NCBI GenBank assembly: GCA_028023455.1
Contig: JAQFVV010000003.1
Location: 22,010,001-22,074,000, forward strand
DNA: 64,000 nt
From: Epiperipatus broadwayi
Taxonomy: Eukaryota; Animalia; Onychophora
Reading direction: 5' to 3'
Shown here: piece by piece, positions 24,755 to 38,229 of the stretch
How positions within the stretch are numbered: the first letter of the stretch is position 1
Layout of the letters: every line of letters starts with the position of its first letter
Position numbers and translations under genes: made by a program
Notes under the pieces: generated by a model
The model's database searches: none
Seen by the model: the letters and a program-made list of their open reading frames with translations, nothing else
What the model was told of the DNA's origin: nothing

Positions 24755-24880
24755 CCAATCACCAAGCCACGCACGGGCCAGAAAGGAAAACATCCGCACC
24801 TTAAGATAAAGTGACGTCATGTTCGCCGCATCCTGCATCTGTAAAATTTAGTGATAAGGGAGGCCTAATACTATAAAAAG
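24755..24880 (+). promoter_or_regulatory. Pol II core promoter: CCAAT box, palindromic CRE, TATA box
   Basis: CCAAT 24755-59, TGACGTCA 24812-19 and TATAAAA 24872-78 in canonical order and spacing, within a local CpG-rich island; predicted TSS ~24900. Confidence 0.55.
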
Positions 24881-26239
24881 AAAAAATTATTGAATTCGGT
24901 AGTTGTTGTTTTAATTTGACTATTAATTTTGCAGCTGTATTGTGGACTCTGTGATATAGAGGTCTTGCAATAAAAATGAATTTCCTTTGCATGCACCAGC
25001 GAGGCCTCCCAATGACAATTCCTAACCAAATGAATGACTTGTAATGGTTATGACTCCTAAGAAACTTTAGCAAATAATATGATCAGCGATGGATTTCATA
25101 ATTTTGGAAGAATCACCAAGATCTCATGGAAAATATGAACTTTTATCAGTTGAACTCTTTTTTTTAAATATATCTCTTCAATAAATAGTCAATCCGTAAG
25201 AAAATATAACTTTTAAATGAACTCTTATCTGACTTAAAAGAAGTCTAAATCAATTTTTTTTTTTTTTATGTGGTAACGCTTGCTAATTATTTCCATTTTC
25301 ATTTTTTTTTTTGTTTGTTAACTAAATTATTAAATTTAAAGTTGGGTGCCGATGGCTGCATAGATTCGTTAAAGTTTGTTAGTTTAAAGGGGTTTAATTC
25401 CAGACTATTTGTTTCGTGGTTGAGTCGATGCTGGTAGAGGGATATATAGGTGTTTATATCAATGTAATGTGAAGCATGTTAGCATGCAGGGCAATGTGTC
25501 CAAATGAATGCATGACCCAAAGGTGTAGTCATCGCGTTGCAATGGATGCAGAATACTTACCATTGATCTCCTTTCGCTCTATGGGTAGGGTCTATAAGAT
25601 GGCAAGGACCGCTCTCCCTCCATATGTAGCATTTCTTTTTAATGTTTTATATATATGATTCCTTCGCGAGACAGATGCACATTTCTGTACTGGATGAGGC
25701 TCATTTCTTTCAAATAATATCATGCTGCAGACGCACATTCCTGTCAGCATGGTTTTATGCTAATATCTTCATATTGCATTGGTTGCATCTGTATATCAGG
25801 AAGAAAGTGTTGGTTTAGCTACAAAATTTTAGCCTGAGGTTAGATGTTTTGAAAAGTTTTAATTGCGTAATCTATGTAACTTATCTACTCAACATTCTAA
25901 AACAAAATTATATAAACTGTTCATCTGTGCGGACCTACTAAAATAACAATTTAAATTTAAAATTAATAATAACAAATTAAAGAAAGATTAATTCATTCCT
26001 CAAATTTAAATTTATAAATGTGTGACAATAAATGTTTTTGTGTGATAATTACTGACAGTGACTTATTTTATTTATTTATTTTTTTAAATATTAAAATATG
26101 TTTAAGAAGTTATATTATAAATCTCAGCTACTCCTTGAGCTAATGTCTAGGGCTATTAGTTTATAAAAGTTGGATCTTTCCCAAGGTATATCTGCCTACA
26201 TTATAAATTTTCTAGGTTCAAATGGCCTAGTGGCACCCT

Positions 26240-26410
26240 GTATGATCTGGACCAACTGATAAGTACTGGTTCAGTATGAAATATGCATATTGGAAATCAT
26301 TTGTTTTTTCCACATGTGGTCATGTATATTGGTTGTATAAGTTGGAGTGGATGATTAAAAGGGAATTTGAAAGCCTGACTTCAAATATCCTCTAAATTAA
26401 CTACTAGTAA
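26240..26410 (+). mobile_element. PLE pLTR with hammerhead carrying a G8>A core mutation (26251-26293)
   Basis: ACCAA-CTGATAA-GTACT-GGTTC-AGTAT-GAAA-TATGCATA-TTGG; same family as 6193-6236 with a compensatory stem II change. Confidence 0.7.
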
Positions 26411-26419
26411 AAGTTTAGC

Positions 26420-27060
26420 TGAGTGTATTATGGGCTGGCTTTCCAAAAAAAAACCCAAGCTGGTTTATGAACTGAAAAGATTTAAAGATTCACCTAATCT
26501 GGATTGAAACTCCAGGATATAGACAAGGCAGATGGATTCATTTAACTAAGCACAATATCATGAAATCTCTTCTTAAAAATACAGAAATATATGTTTAAAA
26601 CTCTGTAATTCTTGATATTGATGATAATGGATGGTAAGTTGTTATCTATAAAAAGACTTCAGAAGAGTACATTCGAAAACTTCTCTATATTATGTCACAA
26701 TTATTTTCCAGCAAGATGAAACACCATCTACAATGCTTTAAAGGATGGAATAAGATTCTAGATGGACTGCATAGTATTCTATATTACCAGGTTTTAATAA
26801 TCTCTCAATAAAGCTCTATGATAATAAGGGTAATAGCTCCCAGATGATCTTGGGAGACATACTGTTCTTCATAATATCAAAAACAACACTGCATACAAAA
26901 CTGATAATAAATAACAAAGCTAAAAATTGGGTATATGCTACATAATAATGAATCGTGTTTAATGATCTATTATGTAAGGTAAAGCAGAGTTTTTTTAAAA
27001 AGAAATACAAATTTTTGAAATATTGTACTAGATTCTTAATATTTCTTTTAATCAAATAAC
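26420..27060 (-). mobile_element. Decayed CR1/L2-type LINE fragment
   Basis: Minus strand degenerate ...IKNYRV (NYRPISL-like) and Q.GF motifs; many stops. Confidence 0.4.
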
Positions 27061-27642
27061 AATAATTGGGGGGAAAAAATATAAAAATTCAATTTTAAAA
27101 TAAAATTTTAATATTATATTTGCAATGGTTTCCCATTTGCACATGTAGTCCATTTCCAACTAATCAACAAATGAGCAGAATATGAAAACACAGTATTTTA
27201 ACAAATAAAAAAGAATTATAGTACATCTTAAGAGCTGTTCATTCAGCTTGAGGTAGAAGATTGTATTGACTCAAGCATCTCATTTTGAATGCTTTGTCCC
27301 TTGCATATGCCAGGAATTTAAATTGGCACATCAGACATTTTCAGATAATTATTTTTAAAAATCTTTAAAATAATTTAGTGTTCAAAGATTAAAATATAAA
27401 TAAATAAATCCTTTTCACAAACATAAAACTTTGGTCTCTATTATTAATTCAGTTTACTCCTTTTATATAAAAATTGTAAAATTCATGAAATGTACACTTT
27501 TTACAATATTTAACAAAATTTACAATTGAAAAAAAAAATAATAATAACATTTAAAAAACATTTACCAAAGTTTTTCTTCAGGAAAAAAAAAGTCAATTCA
27601 GAAAAAAACTGATTCTTTCCTAAACATATTTCACCTACTCAC

Positions 27643-27740
27643 ATATAGCATAACTCGCTGAATAATAACCAAAATAATCACAAACATGTATAGTGATCCT
27701 GAGGCTGATAAGGGTGAAGATGATGACATCATCTTAGAAA
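27643..27740 (-). CDS. Candidate exon (SKMMSSSSPLSASGSLYMFVIILVIIQRVMLY), signal or TM-like
   Basis: Acceptor tttcag and consensus donor TAT|GTGAGT; one open frame over 98 nt. Confidence 0.35.
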
Positions 27741-27977
27741 CTGAAAATATATATATATATATATATTACTAAAATCAAGAAATTAAATTGCATCTATATG
27801 TTGTTTAGTTATACATGTACTAAAATAATTATTTACATATACAAAGAAGAGGAAAATGTAATATTACAGCAATTACAATTTTTACTTTTAATATAAATAC
27901 CATTAAATAAATTTATTTATTTAGTGTTTTGTTTTTTTTTAAACAATGTAACTAATAATGTATCCCATAGTTTCTGT

Positions 27978-28280
27978 AGAGATTCCAACCAAAAGATAGA
28001 TTCTTTGTAGAGTGTAGTAAGTATGTTAATTCTAGCAATGTATACATTGACTGGACAATTATTGGTTCATTAGAAAACTCACTTCTAAGGAATCTGTTTA
28101 TTTTTAATGAGGTAGTGACTAATAATGAATGTCATTAAATCTGTAAAGATTCCAACCAAGAGATAGATTCTCTGGAGATTGTATTAAGTATGTTAATTCT
28201 AACAATGTAAGTACTGATTGGACAGTCATTGGTTCATAGAAAACTCACTTCTAATGAATCAACTTATTTTTAATTAGGCA
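27978..28280. repeat. Direct tandem duplication, ~167-bp period x2
   Basis: agattccaacca..gatagattct...tatgttaattcta..aatgta...gaaaactcacttctaa recurs at ~27980 and ~28146. Confidence 0.85.
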
Positions 28281-29128
28281 GTTTATCTTGTGGAAAAATA
28301 TGCGAAAGGACAAAAAACCACTTTTTCAAAAAATGGACTTTTTAAATTTTTCTCCAAACAAGAGCACTGAAGAATAAACTAGTACTAAGGAAGTTTTTGT
28401 TAGAGCCTATTATATGCATTATAATTTCAAACAGTGCCAGATAACTTTCCAAGATTATTTCTAGAAATTATTTAACTTTTAAATAAATTGATGAGAAACA
28501 TAACTTAGACTTCACTTCAAGATTACACATTAAAAAAATAAATGATAATAGTAAATAAAAATGATTTTATTACTCACTAATGTATTAGAAGAAAAAACAA
28601 ATGTTATTCAATAAATTGTAATCCAAGTTTCTCATTCAGGAGATCATGTGACTTTCAAGTAAAGTTTTGAACTAGATTTGGAGATCTTTAGCTCCCTAAA
28701 ATCTATTATGTAACTACTGCACAGTGCTTATTAATAAACATTTGATTAGAACAACAAAAATAATAACAATTATAATGCTATGTAAATAAATTTCAATCAA
28801 AAAATGTGTCTGTAGTCAGTATTAATAATAAAATAAATAAATAAATAGTAAAATTACAATTCAATAATCAAAAAGCTTGACTTGACACTTGACAAACACA
28901 GATTCATTTCTCTACAGCAAATAAGAGAATACCTCTGCTTTATAATACATACACTTTAACTAGACACAATAAAAAATTTTGTGTAGTAATTCTTGGAGGC
29001 AACCAACTATTTTTATTACTCAATTTGTTTTTGAAGAGTTAGGGCTAAAAAGTAGTTTATTCTCTTGATCGAAGATAATGTTCAAATTATAAATTACGAT
29101 ATATTTTTCCTTTAACGTATTAGTAAAA

Positions 29129-29200
29129 AGCCTTATGGTGCAGTGATATTGTATCTACCTGCTGTAACCATGACCTCAGGTTCAAATATGAACCAGCTTA
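29129..29200 (+). pseudogene. tRNA-derived (SINE-head-like) remnant
   Basis: A-box-like tatggtgcagtg and B-box-like caggttcaaat at tRNA spacing; no intact cloverleaf. Confidence 0.35.
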
Positions 29201-30099
29201 TGCAGTAAACTTTTGAAAATGTGAAGATCTTTACAATACCTTCAATTTTTTTTTTTTTACTGATAAGAAATACATGTCATTTATAAATCGTCTTTCCCTC
29301 CAGATCTTCTCATTAATCCACATAAATTGTTACCCATATCAGCACTTTCTCTGACTAATTTAATGTACTATTGCCTTGAGTGTGTGTTTTAAATAAGTTT
29401 CTTCTTTTTTGTTTTATAAATATTTACATATACCCAATTATTTTTATTTTGTTAAGACTTCTTATTTACTAATAAATCATCATAAGATTTTCTCTGTCTG
29501 TATTTAATATATGCTTTTAGGAGCACTTCTCTTCCTTCTTCTCCAGAGCCATTTATTGGAAGCCTAAATAACCAATGTGTATTGAAGCAGTCGTATCTAA
29601 GTTCGATCCGAGCTTCATGCGATTCCACTTATTAACCTAGTTCAAACCCAGTTACAAACAACGAATATTTCTGAATCCCATAATGAGAGTTTATACCATC
29701 TTCAATATACGTTAATTTCAGTTAAAACTGAGGTTATTATTTAAATATTTATTGAAGCTAATTATCTTAGGTTTAATTTTGTTAATATCATTAATTACCT
29801 CGTGGTAAATTATTAAAATAATGCTATTTAAAGAGTATTTAGTTATTTGGATTAGGCGTATATATTTGTAAATAGTTAAATATATGTTCGTTCTAAAGTT
29901 TCATTACATCGGAAGGTTTTATTTTATATTTTACAATTTTGTTCAAATTTTTTATGATTAAAAGTTACATTCCTTCGATAAGCTTTTAAATCATTCTTAC
30001 CCAAAGACAATAGTGAATTCTTTATTAATTAGTTAAAGTGATAGGTTAAAACTTTAAGGACAGTTTTAAATTAAAATCGTTTGTTTAAATTTTACGAAT

Positions 30100-32250
30100 T
30101 CATTTTCTAAATAGAAAATGAATTCAGATAATGGATTTGAAAGTCTTATCGAAGTAATGGATCGAAGATCAATTAGAGAAAATTTCTTTTAGTAACAATG
30201 TAAAAGCTTTGGCCTTAAGGTATATAGATCATAATGGGCAGGAAACCATACACAAGAGTATAAAAACCTGGAAAATGTCTAAAAAGAGCCATTACTATTA
30301 ATTTAAGAAGAGTTGCCACCGGAAACTATGTCCATTTTAATTTTGAATTTTAAGGCCATTTGCAGTATGGCATGCAGCTAACTTCGGGGATCTGATTGCT
30401 GGACCCCAAAGTTCTCCAACAAATCTTCAAAAATGTTGCTGCTAAACCAGAAATCTTCAATACCAATCATCCAGAAGGAAACTAATCCATAAATGAAGTC
30501 TACGTGAATTAAGTGTGCACCTACGTTGTCTCCTAAATCCAACTGGACTCTGTCGTTATGAATCATTGAGGGATCCATGGAAGAACTGATAACTTTTTTA
30601 TTTTTAAACCACAACTTTCTGGTCTGTTCATGAACTATATCTCAACTCATAATTAAAAGTAACTATTGCCTTAAGTTTTTCCACTCATGTTAAAATGCTT
30701 AAAAATTTTGTTACAGTAATTCTCTATTTCATTATATCTCTAGTCTTAAACTAATACCTTAGTAATTTTCTTTCTCTTTTTATGGCGGTTCATTTTAATT
30801 AATTCTTATTCATTTTGTTAATATTATATATTTGCGATAATATATGCCAATAAAACTTTCGACTCGATAATATCCCTCGTTTAAACTTACCCTAAGAAAA
30901 TAGTATTATATTAATGTTATAGCCTAATGATTTTCCTGTTAGAACTAAATTAATAATGGTTCTACTAATTATCGGGTTGGAATATTTATTTAGTTGCTTG
31001 ATATTATTTTGCCAAGAGCTAATAAGTGTTATTAGCTTAATTTATAGCCACTATGCTCTCGACCATTTATTTAATTTACAAAAGATTATTTATCTAGATT
31101 GAGTTACTTTTATAAATGTTTTATGAATATTAATAAGGAAAAGAAAATAAATATTTTCTAATTCAAATCTCGTATCCTACATTTGTGTTCGGGGTGGGCA
31201 TGATATAAAGGGTATTATTATTATCATTATATAATTATGTTAAGCAAATTTGCTCATAATAAGTTTGGTTTTAATCTTATATGATCAGGTTGTCATGCTA
31301 AGCATTTATATTATGTAACTTAGGCTTTTTAATTAAATATCATGATTATTATATCATTACCGTTCATAACGTTGCTAACACGAGCCATCCTTTCATTTCC
31401 TTGGGTTTTGTCATTCCAGTTATGTTATTGATATTTTAAAATATAAGAAGATATTACTTCCTCATTTGTTCATCACTTTATTGAAATACCAAAGCTTTGG
31501 GGCTGAGTCCCTACCTGGCTTTCCCATATTCCCTTGATCCTTCAGGGCAAAAAGGATTTGTTGAATACAAGCTACCCTTAATCTTCGTAAATCATCGACA
31601 AAACCATTTATTTCATACTCGTTTCATTGCTCGTAATGCGTTAGTACTGTTTCATTTTTTAGTTCAAATAAAGGCCGCTCTTTGCTTTATAAGTCGTGAT
31701 GAATTGATTCTGTTAAAATCAAATCATTTTATATTTATAGACGATTAAAATAACTTCCTTTGCTAAGTATTTGGAGTCATACCTTTTATATTTACTCATG
31801 CCGTCCAAGAACTAATTTATGGATGTGTGGAAGATAAATTTCACCTCACTCTTATAAGAAATTGGAAGCGTATTTTCTTTTCCAAATAAAATACCACTTA
31901 ATGAATAATGTATGCAAGTCATTTGGCATCTACACCAGACATACCTTTAATCACACATGTCTGTTTTGTCAGAACATAGATAATAGATATATTTCTTAAA
32001 TACTTACGTATTAATTATTGGCATATGATTACAGTTGCCATCGTATTGTACATTGTAGTTTCTTGCTTCTAAGACAAGAGATCATTTATGTTAATCATTA
32101 TGATCATTTGAATAATATTTGCTTGTTATTAAATATTTTATATATAATATACTTGGTGTTGACTATTTATTATTCATTAATTAGTGTAAATCTTAATGTT
32201 TACTGTATTTTGGCAACCCAAATATATATGTATTGACTTATTTAGAAAGA
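30100..32250 (+). mobile_element. Highly decayed retroelement coding remnant (possibly PLE RT)
   Basis: Fragmentary MGLSPYLA (31497), FIDD (~31740), IPF and YKK segments in RT-like order; many stops; assignment uncertain. Confidence 0.25.
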
Positions 32251-33819
32251 TAGGTAAATACTCATATCATTCTTATCTTGAAATCAGGGATTAGTCTCAG
32301 TAGTAAACGTATCCGTTGAGCTAGTTCGTGGTGCATATTCTAGTGTGCCATCATTATATGTTGTTCATTAGGTGATTGATCTGGGGCTTATGGAGTGGGT
32401 TCGAACTCAGGTTTGTCTCTGACCTAAATCTCAGGCTTGACTGGGTTTGAAGTACATTTTCGTGGATTCCAGCTCATGTTAGATGGAGAACATGTTTTGA
32501 CCGGTACAGTATCAGATAGATCAGGTTTGTAATAGATGGTGCAGAAGCACTTTAAAGAAGCAAGTAATATGTTGGTAATAAGAATTTATATTTCATGATA
32601 TTATTAAATCTGTATATGAGCTAAGACCAAGCTAGCAAATGCTTTCTTACCTCTTTCTACTTATAAATAATTATGGGATATTATTATAAGGCTCTTGAAG
32701 TCTGTAGACTTTTCTTAATTCAGTACCACCATTTCTGCATTAAAAAGGACCCAACTATTTTTATTTTTCTACCTGTTCACCTTGAACCAAAAGACATTTT
32801 TTTGATAAAAAATATATGTTAAATCAATACTGAAACAAAGGTTGCTGAAGGGTAAAGAACTCTCCAACAGTCTCTCATAGAGGAACAGTAACAGAGAAGA
32901 CAGTACTCATCAGGTTAGCCAATTTTGGATGATAAAATTTTGAATATTTTTCCATTATTGTTTTACCTTCCAACTAAAAATAGTTAAATCCCATTTATTG
33001 TTCAATATTGTATGGTTAACAATAATATTTTTTTACTTTCTGTTATAATCATAAAAGAGCATACCAATTCATGAAGTTATCCCTTTATGCACAGAAAGCC
33101 CATTTCACAAAACAACCATGTGTTACAAATTGAGTTTATTGACTTTAAGCCTGCTTTTGACATGATTAGTTTTCCATAATTTCCTCTCATTGGCAAGTAA
33201 TTCCTGCTAATCAATTCTTGTTTATGTGCTAATTTTAATTACTCCAAAAAAAAAAAAGCTTTTGAATAAAAAATTATAAGCATTTCAGACAGCTTCTAGC
33301 ACAAAATTCTCTTCTAATTGCCTTTCTGTTTGCAATTTATACTTACCTTATGATCAAAAAAATTGAACATGCAATAAAAAATGTACATTTTTCTCATTTT
33401 CGTTCTACTGTAAGATCTCAAGATAATGATCTCATAGTTGTTTGTGATGGAATCACAAATCTAAATTCTCTAAGAAATTGGCAATTTCCAAAATTCTATT
33501 GGACCCAGATTCTATCTTGCCAAATCATTATAGCAATTAGTTATGATTCAGAAGATTTCTTCATATTTTCCAGCACCCCTGTCTAAATTTCTGAGTCATC
33601 TTTGAAAAACAAAGCAAAATATTCATCTTTATATATTGATTCTTGTTTATATCAAGTCACAAAAGCAAATTTTCATTGTTATTGAGTGAGCCATTAAATT
33701 ATTGTTGTCCTTCTCATTATGCACTTTTAATCAATTGACCATTATACTTTCACATAACAAGAAACTTCTGGAAGCTTTATTCATTGACCATCTAAATCCT
33801 TTCAATTATATAAAAACAC

Positions 33820-34100
33820 TAGAAAAGCCAGCCAGTCCAGTTTAACTAACCACCTCATAGCTAATATAGCTAGCCTAGCCAGCTTAGACCAGTTAGTCCA
33901 CTTCAGAACTTCATAGTCAGATTGGCCTTTCATTCCACTTAGCTGAAACAGTCACCAGTCAGTTCACTTAATTTAGCTAATTCTCCCATCCCAATACAGC
34001 CAAGTCAGCATAGTCAGATCACACTAGTTCAGTTTAGCCAATTATTGTACCTAGCTCAACCAATCCAGTGTAACCAGATCAGCCCAATTAGCATAGTATT
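33820..34100. repeat. Degenerate ~9-bp minisatellite (minus strand CTGRCTRKG-like)
   Basis: Repeated agcc/agtc/agtt units; GC content higher than the flanks. Confidence 0.5.
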
Positions 34101-36599
34101 GGCATTGGAATAAATAAACAATTTTACATGCACAATCCTTTACATAAAAAATAACAATAAAACTGAGCAAATATTCAAACAAGATCATCTTAATTGGTCA
34201 TAATAGTGGTTTAAATGTGTTCTTCACAAAATCACATATTTCTAATATTTAAAGCATATATATATATCATTAATACAAAATAAGTTTTAAAATGAGATTT
34301 CCAGGCAATACATTAATGATGCGTATTGCATCACCATGTGTTAATCTAAAGAGTGAAACAACTTTATACTCTTTTAATAGATATAAGAAATAGAAATGAA
34401 AATGGCTTAAATTTAACCTAAAAGCTTTACAATTCTCTACCAATTTCTAAAGCTCTAAACATTTTTCTAAATATTATGCCCCTACAATCTCATTTCTTTT
34501 CAAATCTAATCTTCAACTCAATTACTATTAAGGTTTATCTAAACAATAAATTTAAACCTAAGCTTGATCCAGCAAAATGAATTAAACTTCATTACACCTT
34601 TTTCAAAAATGTTTCTTTGGTTCTTTGAAATTTGACTTGAAATTTTCTCTCATTAGAACTTCTCAGAGTTTTAAACTACATGGATTCTGATACATGCTTT
34701 GTGAACCATTGGGGTTTATTGTGAGGTAAATTTATTTATAGCAGTAGAAAACATAATGCATTAAAAAACCCAGATTATATTTGAATATTGTTCAAAAATT
34801 TGATCATCTTATCAATTAACAATGTCTAAAACTTTTGTTTTCTTCTTTACTAATTATATATACACATTTTTAACTTTTAAAGCCAGATTAATATGGCAAT
34901 TAATAATTTATATATTGTTATTAAAATAATCTAAATTGCAATTAATATTTATTTTTAAATTTTTTGTTATATGTTGTCATACAAAATATTTTTTTGTAGT
35001 CTCAAATGCTAATAGAGGGGTCAATTTGTGAACCAATGTTTGGTCAAATTCAATTTCTATGCTCAAATGGCAACTTTCATGCTCGATTACTGCATAATCT
35101 CCGCAGTAACTAAATTTACATTTATTTTATATATAAAAATAAAAATATGCCTCAATTCTGAGATCTCCCCCCCCCCCCAAGTTTCAGTCGTCTTCAAAAA
35201 AAAAAAATCCGTTTATTTTTTGTATTAAAAAATATGTACTTAAACAAATAAAAAAATTTACAATTTTATTTTTCTGAAAAATTAAAATAACATTTTTCAT
35301 TTAAATATATATTGGTGATAAAATGTTTACTTTAACAAACAGTCAAAAATGGGGTGTGCATTTATTAGTCAAAGCAGTCCCCTATCGTCAGGTCTGGAAA
35401 TTAATTTTTGTAAACCAATTCAGTTTATTAATAAAAACATTAAATTTCCCTATCGAATTTAACAAATAAAATGATTTTTTTTAAAAAAGGAATTACTTAC
35501 TTAGTTGTGAAGTGCATTCATGGAAGCCTATTTTTTTATCTTTAACTTTTAACATTCGCCTTACTGTTTCTTTCATCTCATAAGCATTTGGACCTAATAA
35601 TTATACAAAATATATAATTAAAAATATATTTTATACATTAAAATATTTTTTACTATTAATGCAAATAACTACAATATTTACAATCAAGATAAGTTAGATA
35701 ACTTCTTCTACATCATCATTAGTTTTACCTTCTGTGGTTTGATACCGTGGTATAGTGACTTTGGAACTCAAAGGTCCATGGATCATGATTCCACTCATTA
35801 TTTCTAGTACTCAAACTTCCATTTGATTATGTTTTTATTTATCATTATTTATCAATCGATTGTAAGATGGACTCTCCAAATTTATTTCATTTCTTTTCTT
35901 CACACACCTGCTGACTCATTTATATGAGATTTTTTCTTAAGTATCTAAATCTCTTTATATAGAATTATTTAAAATCCAGGTTATTCAAAACGCATTATGC
36001 AAGAGTGAATATTTCTCACAAATACATAAATGATTAATCATATTTTATTAGTTAGATATTATATTTTACTTGTTCATAAGATCCATGACTGTTCACTTTT
36101 TTTTACTTGTATATCATGAATTTATATTTTATACTTTAAACTTACAGTTCATATATTTTAAGAAAATCTGTGAATGATAACTAAGATGCATTTTGACTAC
36201 AATGGCTTCTTAAATTAGCCCTCCCCCCACCCACATTCCCCAATAAAATCATATTATAGAACCATTAACATGAAGAGTTTTTTTTTTTTCAATGTTTGCA
36301 ATTGTATATTTAAAATGGAAAAGTTGAAAAACACCCATATAAATTTAGTGCCTTATGATATACTAGGAATGTGTCTGCTTGTTATACATATGATTCAAGT
36401 TCAAGGTTTGCTTTTGAATTTAAATCGTATAAATGGCAAATAAATTTAAAAAAATTTCAATAGATTTAGAATGTTTTTTCCAGCTAGCTGACCCATAGCT
36501 CACCTGGTTAAGGTATTTATCTATTCTTAGCCTAGAAAGTAAAAGAAGGATGAGTAAGTGCTCGAACTCTCACCACCCAATAGTTTACAAACATAGTAA

Positions 36600-37900
36600 A
36601 TATTATATTACTGTTTCCCTATGAAAGACCCACAGCAGTCTATTTAAAGTATGTTTTATTTTGATCTCTCATATACATATAAGATGTTAATATTGAAAAT
36701 TTAAAGATTTTATCTGTATTGAGCTCAGCCATGATATAACTAATTAAAAACTGGAACAGAGAACTTTAATCCACATCATCCTGCAACAATATTTTATTTT
36801 AACATTCTTATAACCTTTTGCTAATTTTCTCCATTGGCTTTTGGACACTAATGAAATATCTTAGCCACTATCAATTTTCATTTCAAGTTCTATGCTACAT
36901 ATTGTGTTAGCATATATTGATTTTGCCAGTGCAAAAACATACTCTTTTTAATATTAACTTCATCTTGCTTACCTCCCCTCCATTTGGTTATTTCCCTTTT
37001 ATCTTTTGGCTTGGGTTTTTTGCAAACTGCTGCTAAATGCCTTCTGTTGCCACAATTAAAACAGTTTTCTCTACGTCATTTATATTTCTTAGCAAAATAA
37101 CCTGATTTCCCACAGCAAAAACATTTCACTAAAAATATTGGTTTGCTACTTAATTTACCATTTCTCTGCAGCCTACTTTTATTCATTTTATAAATTGTTG
37201 TTCTTACCTCCTTGTTAGCTTCCAAAAACAAGAGCTTGTTCCAAAATTAACTCATACATGATTCCCTTTTTTGATCACTAATGCATAAGACAACTCAGTT
37301 TCAGTCAATAAGATTTGTCTTCACCTTTCATCTGCCATTCCCCATAGCAATTTACCCAACAAAGCTTGTTCAATAAATTCCCCATATTGACAGTTTTTAC
37401 TAACTGCCACAACGCTATGTCAAAATCTTTTATTTTTTCACCTTTCAATTGTCTTTTATTATGGAGTGCCAATCTCACAATATGTCTAGATGGCTGTGGG
37501 CTAAAATACTCTGTTAACTTATTATCTATCACCTCATAACTTACTGCCTCTGTTATAGCCTGTCCAATAACTTATTAATGATTTCAATCAATTTCCTCCC
37601 TGCCAAACACAACAAAGTTGCTACTTTTCTACTATTATCATTTATGCCATTAAGCATGAAAAATTTTTCAAATTGCGTCACATATAATGGCCATTCCACT
37701 GCATTCTTTACATCAAATTCAGAAACACTAACTTGACCTATTGACATTTTACCCATCGATCAAACTATAGATCAGTACTATTGCTTGTTAATTCTAATCC
37801 TGATTGTACTTTCCTTGTCTAGGTTTAAAATTCGACTGCATCATTTTGTTGGTGCTTAAACTATTGATTTCCTTGTACTAGGTCCAAATTTCTGACTGTG
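36600..37900 (-). mobile_element. Gypsy/Ty3 LTR-retrotransposon gag-protease remnant
   Basis: ORFs 37553..37756 (EFD...WPLYVTQFEKFFMLNGI...KVATLL..AG) and 37305..37532 (LTEYFSPQP...RQ..GE.I.DF..AL..L); CCHC knuckle NCGNRRHLAAVC at ~37050; DSG protease-like motif at ~36870. Confidence 0.75.
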
Positions 37901-38229
37901 CCATTTTGTTGTGTATTTGCCCACAATTTCCATAAGGCAAAATACAATTATTTAATAACTAAAAGTAAATTTAGAACTAAAGATTTATTACAAGTTATAC
38001 AACACAAAACTAGAATATATACAAGCTCAATTAGAAATAATATATACACATAATAATAATAAATGGTCCTGGAATTCTTAAACATTCTTTAAATATAGTC
38101 TGATAATTACTGTCTCATTTAATGCATTGACTCCTTCCCAACTAGGCTAAATAAATATAGTTCCCCAAGTTAAAACCTAAGAACCCTTTAGGCTTACAAA
38201 AAACAAAATAAGATCGGGACGATCTGCTT

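Noticed and set aside
24755-24771. ER-stress element (CCAAT-N9-CCACG)
   Set aside because: The spacer is 7 nt, not 9
24927-24980. TGCAGCT-GT-hairpin resembling the P1'/P4 half of an HDV ribozyme
   Set aside because: No upstream GGCTGCA P1 strand, no L3 consensus and no catalytic C after the hairpin
25391-25405. GGTTTAATT resembling the nematode SL1 leader
   Set aside because: No splice donor at leader length and no Sm site
25554-25562. ATACTTACC, identical to the U1 snRNA 5' end
   Set aside because: Downstream sequence does not follow U1 and there is no Sm site
25738-25830. U17/snR30 m1-like ACATTCCTG
   Set aside because: The partner m2 motif (AAACCAU) is absent
32900-32920. CTGATGAGTAC on the minus strand as a hammerhead
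   Set aside because: No stem II closure or GAAA downstream
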